From Chthoniobacteraceae bacterium (GTDB lineage: Bacteria > Verrucomicrobiota > Verrucomicrobiia > Chthoniobacterales > Chthoniobacteraceae): DNA of 43,649 bases. Made by a program: the position numbers and the translations under genes. The notes beneath the pieces were generated by a model. It searched no databases, was not told the DNA's origin, and saw only the letters and a program-made list of their open reading frames with translations. The DNA lies in the NCBI GenBank assembly GCA_031409655.1, contig JANNXQ010000197.1:1-43649 (forward strand), given 5' to 3'. Below, one piece after another: positions 16,787-25,931 of this stretch. Numbering within the stretch: the stretch's first letter is position 1; each line of letters opens with the position of its first letter.

Positions 16787-17085
16787 CCCTCCATCCCATG
16801 AAACTCGTGACCATCGTGGTCGAAGCCTACGCCCGCGAACCACTCGTGCGCGTGCTCGGCGAAGTCGGCGCCCACGGCTACACCCTCATCCATGTCGAAG
16901 GCTCGGGGTCGAAAGGCGATCGCGTGGCCGACTTGCCCGAGTCGGCGAATGTCGAATTCAAAGTCATCGTCACTCCCGCGACCTCGGAACGTCTGCTCGA
17001 AAGACTGCACCACGAATTTTTCGCCCGCTACGCGATGGTCGCCTACGAGAGCGATATCCGCGTGCTGCGTCCGGAGAAATTCTGA
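16783..17085 (+). CDS. sbtB: PII-like regulator SbtB
   Basis: ATGA overlap with the sbtA stop; MKLVTIVVEA, GAHGYT, EGSGSKG and VLRPEKF PII/SbtB-like motifs. Confidence 0.85.
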   Translation: MTLHPMKLVTIVVEAYAREPLVRVLGEVGAHGYTLIHVEGSGSKGDRVADLPESANVEFKVIVTPATSERLLERLHHEFFARYAMVAYESDIRVLRPEKF

Positions 17086-17098
17086 CGGCAAGTTGGTC

Positions 17099-17119
17099 GT
17101 AGCGCAGGTTTCCAGCCTG
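17099..17119 (+). repeat. REP-like extragenic palindrome (GTAG type)
   Basis: GTAGCGCAGGTTTCCAGCCTG: GTAG head plus CAGG/CCTG stem; related 21-mers at 30507-30552. Confidence 0.5.
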
Positions 17120-17180
17120 TCCGCGCGATCCAACCACCTTGCTCCCATCGGCATTCGCGCTTAAAAGGTCGATCCGCCCG

Positions 17181-18590
17181 ATGCCCAAAGTCTTCCTCAA
17201 AACCTACGGCTGCCAGATGAACGAGCGTGACTCCGAGCAAGTCGCGCGCGATCTCGTGGCCCGGGGTTACGAACTCACGGCCCGCGAGGCGGAGGCGGAT
17301 GTGGTGCTGCTGAATACTTGCTCTGTGCGCGACATGGCCGAGCAAAAGGCGCTCGGAAAAATGGGTCTGCTCGCGCGCTTGCGGGCGGGCAAGCCGGAGA
17401 TGGTCTTCGGCTTCCTCGGGTGCATGGCGCAATCGCGCGGCGGCGAACTCGTGCGCGACATCGACCACGTGGACCTCGTCGTCGGCACGCAGAAATTTCA
17501 CAAGGTGGCGGACTACGTGGAGGAGATCGTGCAGCGGAAGCGCGCGCTGCGGGAGCGGCTCATGGATGACGAGCGCTTCTCGATCGTGGACATCGCGGAG
17601 GAAGCCGGCTCGCAGGGGACGATCCGCGAGCACGTCCTCAAGGCGCGGCAGGCCACGGCCTTTGTTTCGATCATGCAGGGCTGCAATATGCACTGCACTT
17701 TTTGCATCGTGCCCACCACCCGCGGCGCGGAGCGCAGCCGGAGCATCGCGGACATCGTCGCGGAGGTGCGCGGGCTCGTGGAGCGCGGGGTGAAGGAGGT
17801 GACGCTGCTCGGGCAGATCGTGAATCTTTACGGCCGGCACGAGTTTGAAAAACGCGCTGGGCTGAGCCCTTTCGTGCAGCTCCTCGAAGCCGTCCACGAC
17901 GTGCCGGGCCTCGCCCGATTGCGCTTTACCTCCCCGCACCCTATCGGCTTCCGGCAGGACTTGATCGACGCCTTAGCCCGCCTGCCCAAGCTTATGCCCC
18001 ACGTCCATCTCCCGATGCAAAGCGGCAGCAATCGCATCTTGAAGGCCATGCACCGCGGCTACACCGCTGAGAAGTACTTCGAGCTCACCGAGCGTCTCCG
18101 CGCCGCCCGCCCGGACCTCGCGCTCACCACGGACATCATCGTGGGCTTCCCCAGCGAGACCGACGCTGACTACGCGGCGACGCGGGAATTGGTGGAAAGG
18201 GTCGGTTTCGACAATGCCTACATCTTCCGCTACTCCCAGAGACGCGACACGCCCGCCGCGGAAATGCCGGAGCAAGTGCCTGAAGTAGTGAAGGAAGAGC
18301 GCAACCAGAACATGCTCAGCGTAGTCGATAAATCGGCGATCGCGAAAGGTGAGGCGCTCGTCGGCCAGCGGGTGGAAATCCTCTGCGAAGGCCCGAGCCG
18401 GACCAACGCCGAACGCCTCATGGGCCGCAGTCCGGGCAATAAGATCGTGATCTTCGAAGGCACCGAACGCCACCTCGGCGAGGTCTTCGCGGTGCAGATC
18501 GAACGCTCCAGCGGCTTCTCGCTTTACGGCTCGCCCGCGATCCTCGGGGCCGAGGAGGCGTTCGTGCCGATCGCCGCTGGGAACGCGTAG
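17181..18590 (+). CDS. miaB: tRNA-2-methylthio-N6-dimethylallyladenosine synthase
   Basis: TYGCQMNERDSE, LLNTCSVR, GCMAQ, radical SAM GCNMHCTFC, and C-terminal TRAM domain. Confidence 0.95.
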   Translation: MPKVFLKTYGCQMNERDSEQVARDLVARGYELTAREAEADVVLLNTCSVRDMAEQKALGKMGLLARLRAGKPEMVFGFLGCMAQSRGGELVRDIDHVDLVVGTQKFHKVADYVEEIVQRKRALRERLMDDERFSIVDIAEEAGSQGTIREHVLKARQATAFVSIMQGCNMHCTFCIVPTTRGAERSRSIADIVAEVRGLVERGVKEVTLLGQIVNLYGRHEFEKRAGLSPFVQLLEAVHDVPGLARLRFTSPHPIGFRQDLIDALARLPKLMPHVHLPMQSGSNRILKAMHRGYTAEKYFELTERLRAARPDLALTTDIIVGFPSETDADYAATRELVERVGFDNAYIFRYSQRRDTPAAEMPEQVPEVVKEERNQNMLSVVDKSAIAKGEALVGQRVEILCEGPSRTNAERLMGRSPGNKIVIFEGTERHLGEVFAVQIERSSGFSLYGSPAILGAEEAFVPIAAGNA

Positions 18591-18777
18591 CCGGAACGAC
18601 GCGGTTGGAACTCCCAGATCCCGCATTTTCAAAAAGCGCCGCGGCGCAGAGGCGTGGATTCAGTGCGGGACGCTTGGCAACAAATCGGATAGGCACGGTT
18701 CATTCCTCCTCCATCGCTTCGCTTCGGGAACGCGCCCTGATCGCGCTCCGCAAACCTCCCCATCTCCTCGCAACCCC

Positions 18778-19650
18778 GTGCTCGCCTCCCCTGTCAGCCG
18801 TCTTTCTTTCATCGCCGCCATCCTCTGCGCGCCGCTGCTCGCCAAGGCCGCCCCACTCGCGACCGGCGCGGGTCGCTTCGACTTTCGCCGCGCGGGCAAG
18901 ATCGTCCCCGTCTGGTATTTTCTCCCAAAAAATGCCGGACCCAGCACCCCGATCCTTTTCGTCCTGCACGGGGTCAATCGCGATGCCGATCGCTACCGCA
19001 ATGACTGGATGCCGCACGCGAAGGCGAAGAATTTCATCGTCATCGCGCCGGAATTTTCCCACGGAGAATTTCCCGGCAACGATCACTACAATCTCGGAGG
19101 AATGACGCTGGGCCAAAGTTCCGCGCAACCGTCCGAGGCCTCCCCCTACTCCTTCGTCGAGCCCATCTTCGAGGAAGTAAAACGCGCGACCGGAAACCGG
19201 AGCGAGAGCTACCGTCTCTACGGCCATTCAGCGGGCGCGCAATTCGTGCATCGTTATCTCTATTTCATGCCGAAAGCGCGCGCCGCCACCGCCGTCGCTG
19301 CCAATGCGGGTTGGTGGATGCTGCCCGACCCGACCCTGGATTTCCCTTACGGCCTGCACGGCTCGGCGATCACTGATCCTGCGCTGAAGAAGATGCTGCA
19401 GAGGAAGCTGACCATCCTACTCGGCACCGCAGACACCGATCCGAATGACGAAAACCTCAGCCGTTCACCCGGAGCCATGGCCCAGGGCGAGCATCGTTTC
19501 GCACGCGGTCACACCTTTTTTGAAGCTGGGCAAAAGCGCGCTGCTGCGCTCCGTATCCCCCTCGCCTGGCAGCTCTCCACCGCACCCGGCATCGCCCACA
19601 GCGATCGCGACATGGCGGCCTTTGCCCTCACCGCGCTTTTCGGAAAATAG
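18778..19650 (+). CDS. Exported alpha/beta hydrolase (esterase-like)
   Basis: Signal peptide; ILFVLHGVNR; nucleophile elbow GHSAGAQF; C-terminal PGIAH. Confidence 0.8.
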   Translation: MLASPVSRLSFIAAILCAPLLAKAAPLATGAGRFDFRRAGKIVPVWYFLPKNAGPSTPILFVLHGVNRDADRYRNDWMPHAKAKNFIVIAPEFSHGEFPGNDHYNLGGMTLGQSSAQPSEASPYSFVEPIFEEVKRATGNRSESYRLYGHSAGAQFVHRYLYFMPKARAATAVAANAGWWMLPDPTLDFPYGLHGSAITDPALKKMLQRKLTILLGTADTDPNDENLSRSPGAMAQGEHRFARGHTFFEAGQKRAAALRIPLAWQLSTAPGIAHSDRDMAAFALTALFGK

Positions 19651-19673
19651 CCATCTGCTCTCCTCCTCTGCTC

Positions 19674-21353
19674 ATGAAACTCCCCAATAGCCCCCGCGCT
19701 GTTCTCGCCATCCTTGCGCTGCACTTCCTCCTCGCCGCACCACTCCCGGCTGCTGAGCGCAAGCCAAACGTCATCTTCATCCTCACCGACGACCAAGGGT
19801 GGAACGACGCCCACTTCGCCGGCCATCCTTATGTCCAGACGCCGCACCTCGATAAGTTCGCGAGCCAGAGCACCTGGCTGCGGCAGTTCTACGTCGCCGC
19901 CACGGTGTGCTCACCGAGCCGCACGGCATTCATGACTTCGCACTATCCGGCGCGGCATCTCATCCACGGACACATCTCCGGCCACGAGCAAAACGTCGCC
20001 CGCTCGATGCCTGACTGGCTCGACCCACAGGTCACCACCCTGCCGGGGCTGCTCAAATCGGTGGGCTATGCGACCGCGCATTTTGGCAAATGGCACCTCG
20101 GCAGTGGCGCGAGCGCTCCGCCGCCAGAGGCCTACGGGTTCGATGTCTCGCGCACCACTGTCTCGAATGGGACGCCCTTTGCCGAAGCCAGCGATCCTTA
20201 CTTCTGGGCAAAATCCACGGGCTTGATCGTCGATGAAACGATCGCCTTCATCAAAGCGCATCAGGGTCAGCCCTTCTACGCAAACGTGTGGACGCTGCTC
20301 CCGCACGCGACCTTGAAGCCGACCCCGGAGCAACTCGCGGAGTATGCGGACCTCGCCCCGAGCGCCAGCGACCCTGCATTTGGCCCGTGGATGCAGCAGT
20401 ATCTCGGCGCAGCGAAAGACCTGAAGAGCCAGATGCAGGTCTTCTGCGCATCGATCACGGATCTCGACCGGCAACTCGGCCGCCTTTTCACGGCGCTCGA
20501 TGAGTTAAAGCTCGCGAACGATACGATCATCTTTTTCTCCAGCGACAACGGCGCGGAGGACTACCGCATCGGCAACGCCTCGAATGGTGGCGTCGGCAAC
20601 ACCGGTCCGCTCCGCGCCCGGAAGCGCAGCATGTATGAAGGTGGCATCCGCACCTTTGGCCTCGTGCGCTGGCCGGGGCGGGTGGCCGCAGGAAAGCGGG
20701 ACGAGACGAGTGTGACCGGGGGCGTGGATTTCCTCCCCACGATCTGCAAGCTCACCGGCGTGACTCTGCCGGCAAATCTGCAGCCCGATGGCGAGGACGT
20801 GAGCGACATCTGGCTCGGCAAATCGCGCCCCCGCAAAGCGCCGCTGCATTGGGAATGGCTTTTCAATGTGCAGGGCGCGGACTACACGCCGCCGCTGCTC
20901 ACGGTGCGCGACGGCGACTGGAAACTTTTTGTCAATCACAACGGCCGTGACGCGCAGCTCTTTAACATCCCGCAAGACATCGGCGAAGCGCACGATGTCG
21001 CCGTCGCGAATCCTGAAGTCGTCAAATCTCTCACGTCCAAGGCGCTCGCCTGGGCAAAGTCACTCCCGCCGAGCCCCGCGCGCGCCGCTGCCACCGCGAC
21101 GGGCCAACAGCAGGACAATGGTCGCGCTCCCCGAAGCCCGACCAACCCGGTGGCCAAGACCACCGCCCAGCCGCTCGATCGAGCGGTGATTTTCAAAAAG
21201 TGGGACAAGGATCGCGACGGCAAGCTGTCCTTCGACGAATACCAGACTGGCCTGGGCAAAAAGGACAACGCCGCACCGCGCTTCAAAAACTTTGACAGGA
21301 ATAACGACGGCGTCTTGACCGACGCGGAGTTCGTGAAGCTTGGGAAACCCTGA
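19674..21353 (+). CDS. Cys-type sulfatase with C-terminal EF-hand pair
   Basis: PNVIFILTDDQG, CSPSR, GKWHLG, SDNG; tail DKDRDGKLSFDE and DRNNDGVLTDAE. Confidence 0.9.
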   Translation: MKLPNSPRAVLAILALHFLLAAPLPAAERKPNVIFILTDDQGWNDAHFAGHPYVQTPHLDKFASQSTWLRQFYVAATVCSPSRTAFMTSHYPARHLIHGHISGHEQNVARSMPDWLDPQVTTLPGLLKSVGYATAHFGKWHLGSGASAPPPEAYGFDVSRTTVSNGTPFAEASDPYFWAKSTGLIVDETIAFIKAHQGQPFYANVWTLLPHATLKPTPEQLAEYADLAPSASDPAFGPWMQQYLGAAKDLKSQMQVFCASITDLDRQLGRLFTALDELKLANDTIIFFSSDNGAEDYRIGNASNGGVGNTGPLRARKRSMYEGGIRTFGLVRWPGRVAAGKRDETSVTGGVDFLPTICKLTGVTLPANLQPDGEDVSDIWLGKSRPRKAPLHWEWLFNVQGADYTPPLLTVRDGDWKLFVNHNGRDAQLFNIPQDIGEAHDVAVANPEVVKSLTSKALAWAKSLPPSPARAAATATGQQQDNGRAPRSPTNPVAKTTAQPLDRAVIFKKWDKDRDGKLSFDEYQTGLGKKDNAAPRFKNFDRNNDGVLTDAEFVKLGKP

Positions 21354-21457
21354 TCGAAGTCACTTTCCCAACTCGAAACGCGCCCGATTCATCACCCATC
21401 TCCTCGTGAATTTCCGACCGCGCTACTAATCTCCCCCAAACTCCAATCCTCCGACTC

Positions 21458-22846
21458 ATGAAACTCCTCCCGCTCCTCGCCACGTTCATCTTTGCCCTGT
21501 GTGAAATCAGCCAAGGTGCCTCGCCGCCGAACATCATCCTCTTCCTCGCGGACGACCTGGGCTACGGCGACCTCGCGTGCTTCGGGCATCCGATCATCAA
21601 AACGCCGAACCTCGACGCATTCGCGAAGCAGGGCGTGAAACTCACGCAGTGCTACGCGGCGAGCGCGGTGTGCAGTCCTTCGCGCTCCGCGCTGCTCACG
21701 GGGCGCACGCCGCATCGCAATGGGGTGTACACCTGGATTGCCGAGGGCGGTGAAGTGCATCTGCGGACCAGCGAGGTCACGTTGCCGAAGCTGCTCAAGG
21801 GGGCGGGTTACACGACCTGCCACACCGGGAAGTGGCATTTAAATGGGCTCTTTAACAATCCCGCGCAGCCCCAGCCCAATGACCACGGCTACGACTGGTG
21901 GATGGCCACGCAGAACAACGCAGGGCCGTCGCACGAGAATCCGAGTAACTTTGTCCGGAACAGCCAGCCGATTGGCCAAATGCAGGGTTACTCTGCGCCG
22001 CTCGTCGTCGGCGAGGCGATCACGTGGCTGAGGGAAAAGCGCGATGCTTCGAAGCCGTTCTTCCTCGCGGTGTGGACCCATGAGCCGCACTACCCGATCA
22101 AGTCGGACCCGAAGTTCAAAGCGCACTATCCCGATCTCACCGACGACGTGCAGCGCGAGCATCACGCCAACGTCACCCAGATGGACCATGCTTTCGGCAT
22201 GCTCATGAAGTCGCTCGACGAGCAGAAGCTCGCGGACAACACGTTCATCTTCTTCACGTCGGACAATGGCCCCGAAGGCGATGGTATCAAGTCGCCCGGA
22301 CGCGGTTCCAGCGGCGGCCTGCGCGACCGCAAGCGGTCCATGCACGAAGGCGGCATCCGCGTCCCCGGCCTCGCGCGCTGGCCAAGCCACATCAAGCCCG
22401 GCACCGTGAGTGAAGTGCCCGTCATCGGCAGCGACATGTTCCCCACGATGCTCGCGGTCGCCGGGGTGAAGCTGCCGACCGACAGCGTGCTCGACGGCGT
22501 GAATGTCCTCGCCGCTCTCGATGGCAGCGCGACAAAGCTCGAACGTCCGCAGCCGCTCTACTGGCGTCTGCTCATGGCTCCGAATGCGAAGGTTGCGATG
22601 CGCGTGGGCGACTGGAAAATCCTCGCGAACCCGGTCTTCACCGAGTTCGAGTTCTACAATCTCGCGTCCGACGAAAAGGAAACTAACGACCTCAAGGACA
22701 AGGAGCCGCAACGCTTCGCCGCAATGCGCGAGCAACTCATCAAGCACAGCGCCGCCATCGACGCCGAGGGGCCCGACTGGTGGAAGCGGCTGAGCCCGAA
22801 TGGCGGAAAGGCGAAGGCGGAAGGAGCCGCGAAGAAGAGGAAGTAA
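21458..22846 (+). CDS. Cys-type sulfatase (arylsulfatase A-like)
   Basis: Signal peptide; PNIILFLADDLGYGD, CSPSRSALLTGR, GKWHL, SDNG, EGGIRVP. Confidence 0.92.
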   Translation: MKLLPLLATFIFALCEISQGASPPNIILFLADDLGYGDLACFGHPIIKTPNLDAFAKQGVKLTQCYAASAVCSPSRSALLTGRTPHRNGVYTWIAEGGEVHLRTSEVTLPKLLKGAGYTTCHTGKWHLNGLFNNPAQPQPNDHGYDWWMATQNNAGPSHENPSNFVRNSQPIGQMQGYSAPLVVGEAITWLREKRDASKPFFLAVWTHEPHYPIKSDPKFKAHYPDLTDDVQREHHANVTQMDHAFGMLMKSLDEQKLADNTFIFFTSDNGPEGDGIKSPGRGSSGGLRDRKRSMHEGGIRVPGLARWPSHIKPGTVSEVPVIGSDMFPTMLAVAGVKLPTDSVLDGVNVLAALDGSATKLERPQPLYWRLLMAPNAKVAMRVGDWKILANPVFTEFEFYNLASDEKETNDLKDKEPQRFAAMREQLIKHSAAIDAEGPDWWKRLSPNGGKAKAEGAAKKRK

Positions 22847-22861
22847 ACCCCAAGCTACGCT

Positions 22862-24187
22862 CTGAAACGCACACTCGCCCTCCTCACCGCCCTGCTGCTG
22901 TTGCCACTGGCCGGGCTGCATGCTGCCGATGCGTCAGCGAAAAGGCCAAACATCGTCCTCATTATGGCCGATGATTTGGGCTTCGGAACGCTGGCTTGTT
23001 ACGGTAACAAAGAAATCAAAACTCCGCACATTGATCGTCTCGCCGTCGAAGGCATGCGTTTCACGGACTACCACAGCAATGGCGCGCTCTGCTCACCGAC
23101 TCGCGCGGCTTTGATGACCGGGCGTTACCAGCAGCGCTGTACCTGGGTTCCCGACGAGGAGCTTTCGCCCGCATTCCGCGAACAGCGGAGCAAGAACCCC
23201 GTGCAGCGCTGGGCCTGGGGCATCTCCACCGCCGAAGTGACCATGCCCACAGTGCTCAGACAGGCCGGATACCGCACCACCCTCGTCGGCAAGTGGCATC
23301 TCGGATACGACACCAAGTTTCATCCGATGAACTATGGCTTTGATGAGTTCCGCGGCTTTGTGGGCGGCAACGTCGATAACCACACGCACGTCGCGGGCTA
23401 CGGCACGAAAGAACTGGATTGGTGGAGGGATCGAAAGATCGAGAATGAGGTCGGCTATTCCACCGATCTGCTGACGAAGCACGCCACCGACTTCATCACG
23501 CGGAACAAGGACGCCTCCTTCTTCCTCTACCTGGCCCACGGCGCGGTGCATTCCCCACTTCAAGGCCGCGATCCCTCCAAAAAGAACTCGCCGGTGGAGA
23601 CCTACAAGGAGGTCATCGGCATCTTGGATGAATCCGTCGGCGCAGTCGTCGCGGAACTACGCAAACATCGTCTCGAATCCAACACCCTCGTGATTTTCTG
23701 CTCGGACAACGGCTCCGCGGCTCCCCGGGGCCTCGCGACGAACGCCAACCTGCGCGGTAAGAAAGACACGTTGTATGAAGGCGGACATCGGGTTGCTTTC
23801 ATCGCCTCGTGGCCGGGAACCATCCCCGCAGGAACCACGAGCGGCGAAACCGTGATGACCATGGACCTTCTTCCGACCTTTGCGAATCTCGCGGGCGTGC
23901 AACTTCCGCCTGACCGAAAAATGGATGGCATGGACATCATGCCCATTCTCAAAGGTGCCCGTCTTGATACATCCCGCGACCTGCACTGGCAATCCGGCGC
24001 TGACTGGGCGGTGCGCAGCGGGCCATGGAAGCTGATGGGAGAGCGCGACAAGCCCCTCTCGCTTGTGAACCTTCACAAGGACATCGGGGAAACGGACAAT
24101 CTTCTGGGTCGTGAGCCCGCGCGCGCCGATGAACTAATGAAGGCGCACACGCAGTGGGTCAAATCGCTCGGAGACTGGAACCGCTGA
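22862..24187 (+). CDS. Cys-type sulfatase; signal peptide begins at a CTG codon
   Basis: CTG-AAA-CGC... encodes (M)KRTLALLTALLLLPLAGLHAA; PNIVLIMADDLG, CSPTRAALMTGR, GKWHLG. Confidence 0.85.
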   Translation: MKRTLALLTALLLLPLAGLHAADASAKRPNIVLIMADDLGFGTLACYGNKEIKTPHIDRLAVEGMRFTDYHSNGALCSPTRAALMTGRYQQRCTWVPDEELSPAFREQRSKNPVQRWAWGISTAEVTMPTVLRQAGYRTTLVGKWHLGYDTKFHPMNYGFDEFRGFVGGNVDNHTHVAGYGTKELDWWRDRKIENEVGYSTDLLTKHATDFITRNKDASFFLYLAHGAVHSPLQGRDPSKKNSPVETYKEVIGILDESVGAVVAELRKHRLESNTLVIFCSDNGSAAPRGLATNANLRGKKDTLYEGGHRVAFIASWPGTIPAGTTSGETVMTMDLLPTFANLAGVQLPPDRKMDGMDIMPILKGARLDTSRDLHWQSGADWAVRSGPWKLMGERDKPLSLVNLHKDIGETDNLLGREPARADELMKAHTQWVKSLGDWNR

Positions 24188-24213
24188 ATCAAATAAACGC
24201 AAAAGAACCAACC

Positions 24214-25917
24214 ATGAAACCAACCCTCACATCCCTGATCGCTCGCACTCTTTGCTGTCTCACGTTGCCTTTGCTGAATGCCACCGGGCAGTCAGCGCCA
24301 GAAACCACGTCGTCCTATGATGTCGTCGTGTATGGCGACTCCTCCGGGGCGGTCGTCGCGGCGATTTCTGCGCAGCGCGAGGGGCGCTCGGTCATCTGGG
24401 TGAATCCCACCGGCTTCCCCGGCGGCATGAGCGCGAGTGGACTCGGCGCAACGGATTTCCTCGGCAAACAGGGCACGTTTGGCGGGATCGCAGCCGAGTT
24501 CTACCAGGGCGTCGCCAAGGCTTACGGGACGGATTTCGTCCGCAGTTTCGAGCCGCACGTGGGAAAGAAGGCGTTTGAAAAGCTGATCGCCGATGCGGGT
24601 GTGACCGTGGTTTACAACGAGATGCTCGACCGCACTTCCGGCAAAGGCGTGACGATGGATGGCAAGCGAATCAAGTCCTTCACCACGCTCAGCGGCAAGA
24701 CCTACAGCGGGAAAATGTTCATCGACGCGACCTACGTCGGCGACCTCATGGCGGCGGCGGGCGTGACGTTTACCGTCGGTCGCGAGCCGGAAGCGCAATA
24801 CGGCGAGGACATGAACGGCGTGCGACGCGGAGACACCAACCCGCGCGTGCATTACGGACAGAAGGACAAGGATCATTTCGTGAAAGAAGTGGACCCTTAC
24901 GTGAAGCCCGGTGACCCGAGCAGCGGACTGCTGCCGCACATCGTCCCCGGTGCCGAAGTCAAAAACGGCCAGGGCGACAAAAAGATTCAGGCCTACAACT
25001 ACCGCGTCTGCCTCACGACGAATCCGGAGAACCGCATCCCGATTGAAAAACCGCCCGGCTACCGCGAACTCGATCACGAGCTGTTGCTGCGCAATTTCGA
25101 CGCTGGCGATATGCGTTTACCCGCGCTCGTCGAGCCGCTCGCGGGCACGGGACTGAAGGTGGATTGGAACAATATGCACGCCGTCGGGTCCGACTATGTC
25201 GGCGCAAACTACGACTATCCCGAGGCCAGCTACGAGCGCCGCCGCGAGATCGAGAAGGATCACGAAACCTATATCCGCGGCTTCCTGTGGACGATGTCGA
25301 ACAACCCGCGCGTGCCGGAGAAAATCCGCGAGCGCACCGCAAGCTACGGGCTGCCGAAGGACGAGTTCACCGACAACGGCGGCTGGCCGTGGATGATCTA
25401 CATTCGCGAAGCGCGACGCATGGTGACCGACTACGTCATGACGCAGCTCGACTGCTCCGGCACCCGCAAAGCCCCCGATCCTATCGCACTCGGCTCCTTC
25501 GGCATGGACTCGCACTGCGTGCAACACATCGTCACCGAGAACGGCAAGGTGCAGAACGAAGGCGTCATCTGGCGTGTGCCACCCAAGCCGTATGGGATCT
25601 CGTATCGCTCGATCATCCCGAAGCGCGGCGAATGCGAGAACCTCTTCTCGCCGATCTGCCTTTCCGCCACGCACGTCGCCCACGGCTCTATTCGCATGGA
25701 GCCGGTATTCATGGCGCTGAGCCAGAGCGCCGCCATCGCTGCGGGCATGGCAATTGACCAAAAAGTAAACGTGCAGGACGTGCCCTACGAAGCGCTGCGC
25801 ACGAAACTCGAAGCCGCCAAGCAAATCGTGCGGCCTGAGTCTTGGAAGCGAGCACCCGCGCAGAAAAAGCCGGTGCCACAAAAAGACGGCGCAGTTGAGA
25901 AATCGCAAAAGCCGTGA
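24214..25917 (+). CDS. Exported FAD-dependent oxidoreductase (FAD_oxidored-like family)
   Basis: Signal peptide; YDVVVYG..SG..AA, GGMSASGLG, FIDATYVGDL, IQAYNYR, YIREARRM, SATHVAHGSIRMEPVFM. Confidence 0.85.
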   Translation: MKPTLTSLIARTLCCLTLPLLNATGQSAPETTSSYDVVVYGDSSGAVVAAISAQREGRSVIWVNPTGFPGGMSASGLGATDFLGKQGTFGGIAAEFYQGVAKAYGTDFVRSFEPHVGKKAFEKLIADAGVTVVYNEMLDRTSGKGVTMDGKRIKSFTTLSGKTYSGKMFIDATYVGDLMAAAGVTFTVGREPEAQYGEDMNGVRRGDTNPRVHYGQKDKDHFVKEVDPYVKPGDPSSGLLPHIVPGAEVKNGQGDKKIQAYNYRVCLTTNPENRIPIEKPPGYRELDHELLLRNFDAGDMRLPALVEPLAGTGLKVDWNNMHAVGSDYVGANYDYPEASYERRREIEKDHETYIRGFLWTMSNNPRVPEKIRERTASYGLPKDEFTDNGGWPWMIYIREARRMVTDYVMTQLDCSGTRKAPDPIALGSFGMDSHCVQHIVTENGKVQNEGVIWRVPPKPYGISYRSIIPKRGECENLFSPICLSATHVAHGSIRMEPVFMALSQSAAIAAGMAIDQKVNVQDVPYEALRTKLEAAKQIVRPESWKRAPAQKKPVPQKDGAVEKSQKP

Positions 25918-25931
25918 ATGTCGGCATCCAA

